Translations under genes and position numbers: made by a program
The notes under the pieces: generated by a model
Told to the model about the DNA's origin: nothing
Seen by the model: the letters and a program-made list of their open reading frames with translations, nothing else
The model's database searches: none
Shown: positions 10,086-18,388 of the stretch, one piece after another
Position numbering within the stretch: the stretch's first letter is position 1
How the letters are laid out: the number at the start of each line of letters is the position of its first letter
DNA from: Gemmatimonadota bacterium
GTDB lineage: Bacteria > Gemmatimonadota > Gemmatimonadetes > Gemmatimonadales > GWC2-71-9
Length of the DNA: 64,000 nt
Direction of reading: 5' to 3'
Assembly: GCA_003221035.1 (NCBI GenBank)
Contig: QHUB01000017.1
Location: 1,298 to 65,297, forward strand

Positions 10086-11403
10086 GCAGCGGCCGCACCG
10101 GCACCTCGAGCTGGCGCAGCGCGGTCAGGTCGATCGCGAACGCATAGACGAGCTGGCTCACCACCCAGGCCCAGGCGATCGCGAGCAGACCGGCGCCGGC
10201 GGCGCGCGCGACGAAGAACGTGACAAACAGCAGCGTCAATGACACCAGCCCGAGCGTCGCCGCGCGCAAAGGACGGCCGGCCGCCAGTTGAAACGCGTAG
10301 GCGGTGGTGCCGTGGGCGTTGAAGCTCAGCGCGCCGATCAGAATCACGAACAACGTCGTGTACTCGGCGGCGCCGAGGCCGATCGCGCCCAGCACCGTCG
10401 GTCCAAGCAGCGCGCCCGCGATCGCGAGCACGCCGTACGCGATCCAGCTGAGCGCCAGCAGACGCGGCAGCAATCCCTGGAGCGCGAGACGCTCGCGCGT
10501 ACCCGCGAGCATGCGCACGAACTTGGGGAACAGCACGAGGCCGATCGTATTGGAGAAGAACCAGATCCGATTCACGAGATCGAAGGTGGCGCGATAGACG
10601 CCGAGTGATCGGATGCCGAAGTACGCGTTCACCAGCACCGCCGGCACGGCGATGATCGAGACCTGGACCAGCTGCGCGGCCGACATCGCCGACGATCCAG
10701 CGAGGAAGCGCAGGAAGGGTTCGCGCGCGAACCGGGGCCGCCAGGCGCCGGCGGGCAGGCCTCCCGTGACGCGGAGCGCGAGCGGGATATCCACGAGGCG
10801 GCGCGCGGTGATCGCGGCGGCCACAAGCTCCGGACGGGTCGTCAGGAGCACGCCCGCAAACATCAGCGAATAGCGGATGAGGCCCGACGCGAGGGTGAAT
10901 CGCGAGTAGCGGCCGAAACGCTCGGCGGCGGCGCAGGTGTTCTGCATCAGCAGCACCGGCACGCCGAGCACGAAGTCGATCACGGCGAACAGGGTGAGCC
11001 ACTGAACGGCCCGCCGGCTGCCGGCTCCAACGGGAAACAGATACATGGGCACGATGTGTATGAGAACAAGCAGGACGACGAGCAGCCCGACCGATAGCAG
11101 CAAGTACAAACCCCACGCGGTCTGTATCTGCTGCCGCCGCCAGGCTTCGGAATCCCCGAACACACTCTCCGGCCGTCCGGGGGTCGGGCCGTCCGGCCGT
11201 CCAGCCAGCAGCCGTTGCAGATTCGGCCCGATGCCCAGGTCCGTCAGTGCCACATACCCGGCCACAACGGTGTAAATGGAGAGGAGTCCGTAGCCCGCGG
11301 CGCCGAGCCGATGCACGGCGATCGGCACGAACGCGATTCCGAGCGCGCCGTTCACGAAGTTCACCGCCCACACGGCCGAGACGTTTTTCAGGAACACGCG
11401 CAT
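10021..11403 (-). CDS. Polysaccharide flippase (Wzx-like, MOP superfamily)
   Basis: About 460 aa, polytopic membrane protein starting MRVFLKNVSAVWAVNFVNGALGIAFVPIAVHRLGAAGYGLLSIY. The start ATG chosen at 11403 is internal to the track ORF. Confidence 0.75.
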   Translation of the reverse strand: MRVFLKNVSAVWAVNFVNGALGIAFVPIAVHRLGAAGYGLLSIYTVVAGYVALTDLGIGPNLQRLLAGRPDGPTPGRPESVFGDSEAWRRQQIQTAWGLYLLLSVGLLVVLLVLIHIVPMYLFPVGAGSRRAVQWLTLFAVIDFVLGVPVLLMQNTCAAAERFGRYSRFTLASGLIRYSLMFAGVLLTTRPELVAAAITARRLVDIPLALRVTGGLPAGAWRPRFAREPFLRFLAGSSAMSAAQLVQVSIIAVPAVLVNAYFGIRSLGVYRATFDLVNRIWFFSNTIGLVLFPKFVRMLAGTRERLALQGLLPRLLALSWIAYGVLAIAGALLGPTVLGAIGLGAAEYTTLFVILIGALSFNAHGTTAYAFQLAAGRPLRAATLGLVSLTLLFVTFFVARAAGAGLLAIAWAWVVSQLVYAFAIDLTALRQLEVPVRPLRDTGLRVAVVLAVALVVLARA

Positions 11404-12691
11404 GGAGAGTAGACTACCCCCGCCGGTCTGGGTGCGTGCCGTGATTTCGGCCTGGGCATTTCTCATCCTGGCCGCCGATCTGAAAATCACGGTGCATCCG
11501 GTCATTCACTGGCTGGTCACCGGGGCCGCGGTGACGGGCGCGCTGCCGTACCTGCTGAGACTGCGTGTGCACTGGCGTCGGGTCCTGCCCGGCCTCACGC
11601 CCGCCTGCCTGCTCGTGCTTGCCGTGCTGCTCGCCGGCCTCGGTAGCGACGCTCCGCTCTACGCGATCGCCGAGGCCGGCAAACTGGCGATGATCCTGAT
11701 CGCGGCGCGCGCGCTGTTCATCGCGGAGCCTGCGCTCGCGCACGCCGCCATGCGCGGCTTCATCGGGGCGATCGCCGTCAACGTGCTGTTCCTCTTCCTG
11801 GGCCTCTGGGGGCTGGCGGCGACCGCCAGCGAAATGGGCCCGCGCCGCTTCGGCACGCTGCTCAACTTCCCCGGCTCGCTCGCGCGACTGGGATTCCTCG
11901 CGCTGTGCTACGCCGCGTATATGGTGCTTGCCTGGAGGCAGCCGCTGCGGCATCTCGCGCTGCTCGGGGCGTGCGCCGCGCTCATTTATTACGACGGCTC
12001 CCGGACCGCGTGGCTCCTGCTTGCCCTCCTCGTCCCGTTCGTGCTGTTCATTCGCTTCACGGAGCGTCGCGGTCGTCCTTCGCGGCTGGGTCGCCTCGCC
12101 GCCGTCGGCGTCTCGCTCGGCGCCGTACTCGTAGTGATCGCCGGCTGGCGCTGGGTGCAGCGGCAGACCGAAGTGCCTTCCGGGAGCGGCGCGATCGCGC
12201 GGATCGGGCAGCTCGCCGTGAACGTGCGTGTCTATGGCGCCGCCGGTCTCGCGATCGCCGATGAACGGCGCGCGCGCATGCTCGAGATCGGCATGGACGC
12301 GTTCCGGCGCGCTCCATTCATCGGAACCGGCGTCGGAACGACGCAGGCCGACACGGATATCGGCCTCATGGTCGTGCACATGACGTATCTGCAAATCATC
12401 GGCGACCTGGGACTGCTCGGATTGTTTGCGTACCTCTGGCTCGTCCTGGGCTGGCTTCCGTTCCTGCCGCGCGCCTGGCGCTCGATTTCCCGACTCCCGA
12501 ACCCCGAATCCCGAGCCCCGTACTACAACGCCATCTTCCTGCTCGGGGCGTTCGCATTGTCGGGACTGTTCCATCCGCTCAGCACCGAATGGACCGAATG
12601 GATCATGTTCGTCGTGCCGTCGGCGCTGTTCTGGGAAATGAGCGCGTCATACAACGCCGAGACATCCGCGACCATCCTCTCGAGTCCGTAG
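11402..12691 (+). CDS. O-antigen ligase/polymerase-like membrane protein (Wzy_C-type)
   Basis: 429 aa, polytopic, with a ..YYDGSRTAWLLLALLVPFVLF.. segment typical of the O-antigen ligase domain. Contains a heptamer repeat array at 12486..12520. Confidence 0.7.
   Translation: MESRLPPPVWVRAVISAWAFLILAADLKITVHPVIHWLVTGAAVTGALPYLLRLRVHWRRVLPGLTPACLLVLAVLLAGLGSDAPLYAIAEAGKLAMILIAARALFIAEPALAHAAMRGFIGAIAVNVLFLFLGLWGLAATASEMGPRRFGTLLNFPGSLARLGFLALCYAAYMVLAWRQPLRHLALLGACAALIYYDGSRTAWLLLALLVPFVLFIRFTERRGRPSRLGRLAAVGVSLGAVLVVIAGWRWVQRQTEVPSGSGAIARIGQLAVNVRVYGAAGLAIADERRARMLEIGMDAFRRAPFIGTGVGTTQADTDIGLMVVHMTYLQIIGDLGLLGLFAYLWLVLGWLPFLPRAWRSISRLPNPESRAPYYNAIFLLGAFALSGLFHPLSTEWTEWIMFVVPSALFWEMSASYNAETSATILSSP
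12486..12520. repeat. Tandem heptamer array, 5 x NNNCCCG
   Basis: tttcccg actcccg aaccccg aatcccg agccccg, inside the ligase-like CDS (peptide ISRLPNPESRAPY). Confidence 0.75.
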
Positions 12692-13806
12692 CGCGCGATC
12701 AGGCTGCTGCGATCCGCGCGTTCGAAGCGCTCACGCTCCACCGGGTTCAGTACGCGACGCAATGCAGCCGCGAAGTGAGCCACGCTTTCCGGCGGCACCA
12801 TCACGCCCAACCGTCCGTCCTCGAGCACATCGGCCACGCCGCCCACGTCGGTCGCGACAACCGCGCGCCCGCACGCGACCGCCTCGAGAAGGCAGACCGG
12901 CGTACCCTCGTTGCGCGAACTCAGCGCGATGATTTCCGAGCCATGGTAGACCGCCGGCAGGTTGTCGCCGGTCCACCATCCGGCGAACCGCACGCGGTCG
13001 GCAATGCCCAGCGCCCGCGCCAGCGCGCGCAGCGACGACTCGTCTTCGCCGCCGCCGACGAGGACGAGCAACGGACTGTGGAGTCCGTCGCGCGCGAGTG
13101 TGGCGAACGCGCGCAGGGCGAGCGCCTGGTTTTTGATCGCCGTCAGCCGGCCCACCATCGTGATGACGGTGTCCTGCTCTGCGGCTTCGACGGCGGCACG
13201 GAACCGTTGCCGTCCCGCAGTGGCTTGCTCCTCACGGCCGGTCGCGCTGAACGCGCGCAGATCGTACCCGAGCGGAATCGTCGCGAGACGCTCGTCGGGG
13301 ACCCGGAGAATGCGGCGCAAATCCTCAGACTGCCGAGGACTGATCGCAATGATTCGTGATGTGATGCGGGCCAGCAAGCGTTCGATCGCGATGTAGATCG
13401 CGGTCCGCCAGCCCGGGAAATTCTTGCGAAAGACGTGGCCGTGAAACGTGTGTACACGCACGGGCACGCCGGCGAGCCAGGCCGCGAGACGGCCGAGGGT
13501 GCCGGCCTTGGCGGTGTGCGTGTGCACGACGTCGGGTTTGAGCCGCCGGCACAACCGCCACAGAAACCAGAACGCGCGGAGGTCGCCGATCAGACCAATG
13601 GTCCGGGTCAGCCCGGGCACACGCGTCAGCGTCACGCCGTGCTCGTGCGCGAACGGGGTCATGTCGCCCTCGTGCGGGCTCTTCTTTCCCGTCGCGAGGA
13701 CGCAAGGGTAGCGCGCGCGCATGCCGGCGCTGAGCAGCACGACGTGCGACGCCGCGCCGCCGATGTTCAGGCGCGCGATCGCCTGGACGACGCGTACGCT
13801 TTCCAC
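12523..13806 (-). CDS. Glycosyltransferase family 4
   Basis: 427 aa. VVQAIARLNIGGAASHV.. N-terminus and ..SSRNEGTPVCLLEAVACGRAVVATDVGG.. C-terminal domain. The last ~35 aa overlap the convergent ligase gene. Confidence 0.8.
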   Translation of the reverse strand: MESVRVVQAIARLNIGGAASHVVLLSAGMRARYPCVLATGKKSPHEGDMTPFAHEHGVTLTRVPGLTRTIGLIGDLRAFWFLWRLCRRLKPDVVHTHTAKAGTLGRLAAWLAGVPVRVHTFHGHVFRKNFPGWRTAIYIAIERLLARITSRIIAISPRQSEDLRRILRVPDERLATIPLGYDLRAFSATGREEQATAGRQRFRAAVEAAEQDTVITMVGRLTAIKNQALALRAFATLARDGLHSPLLVLVGGGEDESSLRALARALGIADRVRFAGWWTGDNLPAVYHGSEIIALSSRNEGTPVCLLEAVACGRAVVATDVGGVADVLEDGRLGVMVPPESVAHFAAALRRVLNPVERERFERADRSSLIARYGLERMVADVSALYDALISQNSADGTTNMIHSVHSVLSGWNSPDNANAPSRKMAL

Positions 13807-15623
13807 CCGATCCTCCTCTCCACGGCGTTGCGCTTCACACCTCGGAGCGCGACGTCGAGCTCCAGCAGCTCGAATCCATGCGCCGTGCGCGCGGCATGCA
13901 GCAGCGCGAGCACGTCCGGGCGCAGCTTCTTCGTCGCGATCAGCACGCGCCGCACGTTGTGGCGCTCGGCGAGCGCCGCGAGCTGTTCGCGACCGCCCAG
14001 CACGGGCACGCCGTGGATCCGCTCGCCGCGCTTGTGCGGGTCGTCGTCCAGGAAGCAGAACGGCGTGACCCCAAGCGCCGCATTGTTGAGCAGCTCACGG
14101 ACCGCGAGCTCGCCCGCGTCGCCCGCACCGTAGATCGCCACCGGCTCGCCGCGCCGCGTGAGTCGCCGGCGCATCTCCTCGAGCGAGCGGAACGACACGC
14201 GGGTCGCCAGCACGAGCGCGGCCGCGAGCAGCGCGTAGATCCAGAGCACGCTGGTGGCGGCGAGCGCCGGCACGCGCCACACCGCATAGCCGAACAACAC
14301 CAGCGCGCCGGCTCCGATCGCGGCAAGCATGCGGTACAAATCGACGATGCTGATGTAGCGCCACGCGCCGCGATAAATCCCAAACGCCTGGAACGCGATC
14401 ACCTGCACCGCGATCGCGAGCCACAGCGTCATGCGATAGGCGTCCATGACTCCCGCCGGTGGCGCGCCCTCGAACCGCAGCCGGAACGCGCCGTAGTACG
14501 CGGCGGCGACGAGCGCAACGTCGAGCAGCATGATCGCGAGCCGTCGCTTGTACAGCAGCACGGTCGCCACGACCGTCGCCGGCTTCCATCCCAACGGCTT
14601 GTCCGGATAGACCATCTGCAGCCGCCCGAGGTAGGCGGCGAGCAGCGTGAGCGCGACGAGGAAGATCGTCCCGAGCATGAGGCCCAACGCCTGGTCCAGC
14701 CGGGACAGCAGCAGACCGACCGAACCACCCACGGCGGCGAACCCATACAGCAGGAGCGCGACGTCTCGCTCGCGCAGTCCCATGGCGACGAGACGGTGCG
14801 CGCTGTGATCGCGGCCGCCCTGGGAGATGGCGCGCGCGGCGAGCGTGCGCGTCACGGTGACGAGCGCGGTATCGACGATCGGCACCGCCATGATGGCGAG
14901 CGGCACGAACAGCACCGCGACGAGACTGCCGGACACCGACGCCGGCGAGGTCATCACGAGTCCGGCGAGCAGCGAGCCGATGAACAGGCTCCCGGTATCG
15001 CCCATGAAAATGCTCGCGGGTGAAAAGTTGAAGCGCAGAAACCCTACGCAGGCGCCCGCCAGGGCCCAGGCTGCCGCCGCGTGCAGCCAGGCATCTTGCA
15101 GGGCGAACGTGATGCCCAGGAAGGTGGCGGCGATCGCGCCGACGCCCGCGGCCACCCCGTCCATGTTGTCCAGCAGATTGAACGCGTTCGTCAGCGCGAC
15201 GAACCAGAACAGCGACGCGAGCACGTTCACGAGGTGCCACGGCGTGAGCACGAGGATTCCACCCGCCGCCACGACGCCTATTCCCGCGAGGAGCTGGAGA
15301 CTGAACTTGAGCTGCGGGCGCAGCCGAATGACGTCGTCGACCAGCCCTACGACGCACAGGAATGCCGCGCTCACTCCCACGGCCGCCGACGGCAGCGGCA
15401 ACGGCCGCGCGCCAAGCGGAAGAAAGGCCAGCATCCCGCCGAGCGTGGCCGCCGCGATCGCGATCCCGCCGAGCAGGGCCGTGGGCCGTTTGTGCCAGCG
15501 GTCGGCGCTCGGCCGCGCGATCAGCTCGTGACGCCGCGCCAGGGTACGCACGAAGGGTGTGAGCAGCAGCGCCAGCGCGCCCGAGAGCACCGCGACGACC
15601 GTTGCCGCCGCGGCTGCCGTCAT
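13767..15623 (-). CDS. WecA/MraY-like polyprenyl-phosphate sugar-1-phosphate transferase fused to a WbpM/CapD-N-terminal-like (4 TM plus Rossmann-like) module
   Basis: The first ~330 aa are MraY/WecA-like (..ADRWHKRPTALLGGIAI.., NLLDNMDG, MGDTGS). The last ~290 aa carry RRLAIMLLDVALVAAAYYGAFRLRF.., TM helices and ..VAIYGAGDAGELAVRELL...VRRVLIAT. Confidence 0.8.
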   Translation of the reverse strand: MTAAAAATVVAVLSGALALLLTPFVRTLARRHELIARPSADRWHKRPTALLGGIAIAAATLGGMLAFLPLGARPLPLPSAAVGVSAAFLCVVGLVDDVIRLRPQLKFSLQLLAGIGVVAAGGILVLTPWHLVNVLASLFWFVALTNAFNLLDNMDGVAAGVGAIAATFLGITFALQDAWLHAAAAWALAGACVGFLRFNFSPASIFMGDTGSLFIGSLLAGLVMTSPASVSGSLVAVLFVPLAIMAVPIVDTALVTVTRTLAARAISQGGRDHSAHRLVAMGLRERDVALLLYGFAAVGGSVGLLLSRLDQALGLMLGTIFLVALTLLAAYLGRLQMVYPDKPLGWKPATVVATVLLYKRRLAIMLLDVALVAAAYYGAFRLRFEGAPPAGVMDAYRMTLWLAIAVQVIAFQAFGIYRGAWRYISIVDLYRMLAAIGAGALVLFGYAVWRVPALAATSVLWIYALLAAALVLATRVSFRSLEEMRRRLTRRGEPVAIYGAGDAGELAVRELLNNAALGVTPFCFLDDDPHKRGERIHGVPVLGGREQLAALAERHNVRRVLIATKKLRPDVLALLHAARTAHGFELLELDVALRGVKRNAVERRIGWKAYASSRRSRA

Positions 15624-16597
15624 GCGGCCTGCGGGGTCAGCGAGCGCTCGTACTCGATGACCGAGATCAGGATCTCATCGAGGCCGATGACCGGCTCCCA
15701 GCCGATCGCCGACCGAATCTTCTCGAGCGAGGGCACGCGGCGCGGCATGTCCTCGAAGTTGTCGCCGTACGCTTCCCGGTACGGCACGAACGTGACCGGC
15801 GACTCCGACCCGGTGAGCTGCTTCACGCGCTCGGCGAGCGCCAGGATCGGGGTCTCGATCTCACTCCCGAGGTTGTAGACTTCGCCGACCGTGTCATCGG
15901 CGTCCATGAGACCGATCATCGCTCGCACCCCGTCGGCGACGTGGGTGAAGCAGCGCGTCTGCCGCCCGTCGCCGTAGACGGTGAGCGGCTCCTCGCGCAG
16001 GGCCTGCTGCACGAAGCGCGGCACGACCATGCCGTAGTGCCCAGTCTGGCGCGGTCCAACGGTATTGAAGCAGCGGCCGATCACGGTGGGACAGCGGCGC
16101 TCACGCCAGTAGGCGATCGCCAGAAACTCGTCGATCGCCTTCGAGCTGGCATAGCTCCAGCGGCCGCGACTCGTCGCGCCGAGGACGAGGTCGCCGTCTT
16201 CGCGAAACGGGACAGCCACGCTCTTGCCGTAGACTTCCGAAGTCGAGGCGACGAACACTTTCTTTCTTTTCTTGCAAGCCGCGGCGAGCACCATTTCGGT
16301 CGTCTTGACGTTGGTTTCGATGGTGCGGACGGGACTTTCAACGATGAGCCGCACGCCGACGGCAGCGGCGAGGTGAAAGATCTGATCGGCACCGTCTACC
16401 AACTCCGCAAGCAGCGGCGCATTCAAGACCGTATCGATCACGTAAGTGAATCCGGACCGGTTCTTGAGGTGGCGGATGTTCCGCATCGCTCCGGTGGAGA
16501 GGTCGTCGAGAACGGTGACCTCGTCGCCCCGCTGTAACAGAGCATCGGCCAGATGCGAGCCGACAAACCCCGCGCCACCGGTGATCAGGTAATGCAC
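15620..16597 (-). CDS. NAD-dependent sugar-nucleotide epimerase/dehydratase (extended SDR, UXS-like)
   Basis: GTG start preceded by GGAGG. ITGGAGFVGSHL Rossmann motif, YASSK catalytic motif, 325 aa. Confidence 0.85.
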   Translation of the reverse strand: MHYLITGGAGFVGSHLADALLQRGDEVTVLDDLSTGAMRNIRHLKNRSGFTYVIDTVLNAPLLAELVDGADQIFHLAAAVGVRLIVESPVRTIETNVKTTEMVLAAACKKRKKVFVASTSEVYGKSVAVPFREDGDLVLGATSRGRWSYASSKAIDEFLAIAYWRERRCPTVIGRCFNTVGPRQTGHYGMVVPRFVQQALREEPLTVYGDGRQTRCFTHVADGVRAMIGLMDADDTVGEVYNLGSEIETPILALAERVKQLTGSESPVTFVPYREAYGDNFEDMPRRVPSLEKIRSAIGWEPVIGLDEILISVIEYERSLTPQAA

Positions 16598-16849
16598 TCA
16601 AGCCTCCACTCGCAGCGTCCCAGCATTCGTGTTGTTATACCCAGGTCGTGAGCATTGACGCGAACTCTCGCCGACCAAAGGATCTAGCCCGTTTTGGCTA
16701 GCGCGCGGCGCGCTCCTTTGGCCTCCAGTGCGGCAAACGCGCACTTACCCGGGCGCCCGCCTCAACGGGGCGGAACGAATTCTTGATGCTGGAGGGGGCT
16801 GCTCGCGATTGCTACGAGACGTACCTGAAAGCGCAGATCGGCGGGTGAA

Positions 16850-16923
16850 TCGGGGCGGCGGGATTCGAACCCGCGACCTCCTGGTCCCAAACCAGGCGCG
16901 CTACCGGACTGCGCCACACCCCG
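16850..16923 (-). tRNA. tRNA-Pro (anticodon TGG)
   Basis: Hand fold. Acceptor CGGGGTG/CGCCCCG (one G-U), D stem GCGC/GCGC, anticodon arm CCTGG-TTTGGGA-CCAGG, T arm GCGGG-TTCGAAT-CCCGC, discriminator A. Confidence 0.9.
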
Positions 16924-16956
16924 TCTATGAACTACGTCGAAAGATACGTCGAAAGA

Positions 16957-17562
16957 CTACGTGGAACGGCGTAGGAGCACTTCGATCAAGGCGCGAAACG
17001 CCCTTCCCCGATGGGACACGCGGTGCTTCGACGCCGCCGGCGCTTCGCCGAAGGTCATGTTCAGCTCGGGAGAAAAGAACAGAGGGTCATAGCCGAAGCC
17101 CCCAGTCCCGCGCGGCTCGGTCAGGATGAATCCATCGCACGTGGCCTCGACGATTTCGGGTACACTGCTGGCCGTGGCCAGAAACGCCACGACACAGCGG
17201 TAGCGCGCCGTGCGCTTGTCCTGGGGGACACCCGACAACTGCTTGAGCAGCAGCGTGTTGTTCTCAACATCCCCACCACTGGCCGACCAGCGGGCCGAGC
17301 GAGGACCCGGCGCGCCGCCGAGCGCGTCGACTTCGATCCCCGAATCATCCGAAACGGCGGGCAGGCCGCCCCGCATCGCGTAGTAGCGGGCCTTGGCGAC
17401 CGCGTTCTCCACATAGCTCATGCTGCGCTCCAGGTCGGCTTCTTCAGGAAGCGGCTGGAGCAGACGGTCGGCGGGAAAGGACACCTCGAACGGCAAGCCG
17501 GCGAACAGCTCGCGGATCTCACGCGTCTTGCCGGGGCTGCGCGTGCCAACGAGGAGCTTCAT
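16957..17562 (-). CDS. rdgB: Non-canonical purine NTP pyrophosphatase (RdgB/HAM1)
   Basis: 201 aa. MKLLVGTRSPGKTREI.., ..DDSGIEVDALGGAPG.., ..GTGGFGYDPLF.. motifs. Confidence 0.9.
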   Translation of the reverse strand: MKLLVGTRSPGKTREIRELFAGLPFEVSFPADRLLQPLPEEADLERSMSYVENAVAKARYYAMRGGLPAVSDDSGIEVDALGGAPGPRSARWSASGGDVENNTLLLKQLSGVPQDKRTARYRCVVAFLATASSVPEIVEATCDGFILTEPRGTGGFGYDPLFFSPELNMTFGEAPAASKHRVSHRGRAFRALIEVLLRRST

Positions 17563-18092
17563 CCGCCGCGCAAACGCTCGAGCAGTCCCGTGGTGGACTG
17601 GTCCTTGACGAGCGGCACGCGCACGACGCGTCCTCCCCAGCCTTCGACGTCCGTGGCGCCGACGATTGCCTCGCGGGCGTAATCCGCGCCCTTCACCAGC
17701 ACGTCCGGCCGCAGGGCGCGAATCAACGCGAGCGGCGTGTCCTCGGCGAACAGGACCACACAGTCCACCGCCGCGAGCGCCGCGACCAGGCGCGCGCGTT
17801 CACGCTCCGGCACGACCGGGCGGTCGCTCCCCTTCCCCAGCCGCCGCACCGAGGCATCGCTGTTGATTCCGACGACGAGCGCCTCGCCTTCCGCCCGCGC
17901 CGCCTCGAGCAGCGTCACGTGACCGACATGCAGGAGGTCGAACACACCATTGGTGAACACCACCTGGTCAAGCCTTGAGCGCCACAGCGCGGCGGCCTCG
18001 GCGGTGCGGATCTTCGCGGCGGTGTTCAGAGCGGCTGCGTCGCCCTGGGATGGAATGAGAAGCTGTGATTGAAGAAGGGCAGCGACACCCAT
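17559..18092 (-). CDS. D-beta-D-heptose 1-phosphate adenylyltransferase-like (RfaE domain II, cytidylyltransferase fold)
   Basis: VVFTNGVFDLLHVGHVTLLEAAR...VVGINSDASVRRLKG motif. 4-nt overlap with rdgB. Confidence 0.75.
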   Translation of the reverse strand: MGVAALLQSQLLIPSQGDAAALNTAAKIRTAEAAALWRSRLDQVVFTNGVFDLLHVGHVTLLEAARAEGEALVVGINSDASVRRLGKGSDRPVVPERERARLVAALAAVDCVVLFAEDTPLALIRALRPDVLVKGADYAREAIVGATDVEGWGGRVVRVPLVKDQSTTGLLERLRGG

Positions 18093-18388
18093 TCGCTGTA
18101 CCGCGTCTCGATGACGATCTGGCGCGGCGCGTCGGTGCGGCGCACCTGCAGCGCCTGGCCGCCCGCGGAATCGGGTATTCCGATCTCATCGACGGCCGCT
18201 TGAATGCGCCGGCGGATCGTGCCGTCGTCGAGCCCCGCGGCGAGGCGCGTCTCGGTCTGCATCTCGTCGAGGAGCCGGTAGTAGCGGAAGTACACCTCGC
18301 CGATATTCACGGCGTAATACAGTGCCGCGACGAAGAGGAGCAGCGACAGCAGGCAGCCGCTCGAGCTCGCGCCGCGCCGCGACCGCAT
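18026..18388 (-). CDS. Small membrane-anchored hypothetical protein
   Basis: 120 aa from the internal ATG at 18388 (MRSRRGASSSGCLLSLLLFVAALYY..). Its start overlaps the upstream stop by 1 nt (TGATG). The N-terminal 147 aa of the track ORF look like GC-rich read-through. Confidence 0.5.
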   Translation of the reverse strand: MRSRRGASSSGCLLSLLLFVAALYYAVNIGEVYFRYYRLLDEMQTETRLAAGLDDGTIRRRIQAAVDEIGIPDSAGGQALQVRRTDAPRQIVIETRYSEWVSLPFFNHSFSFHPRATQPL

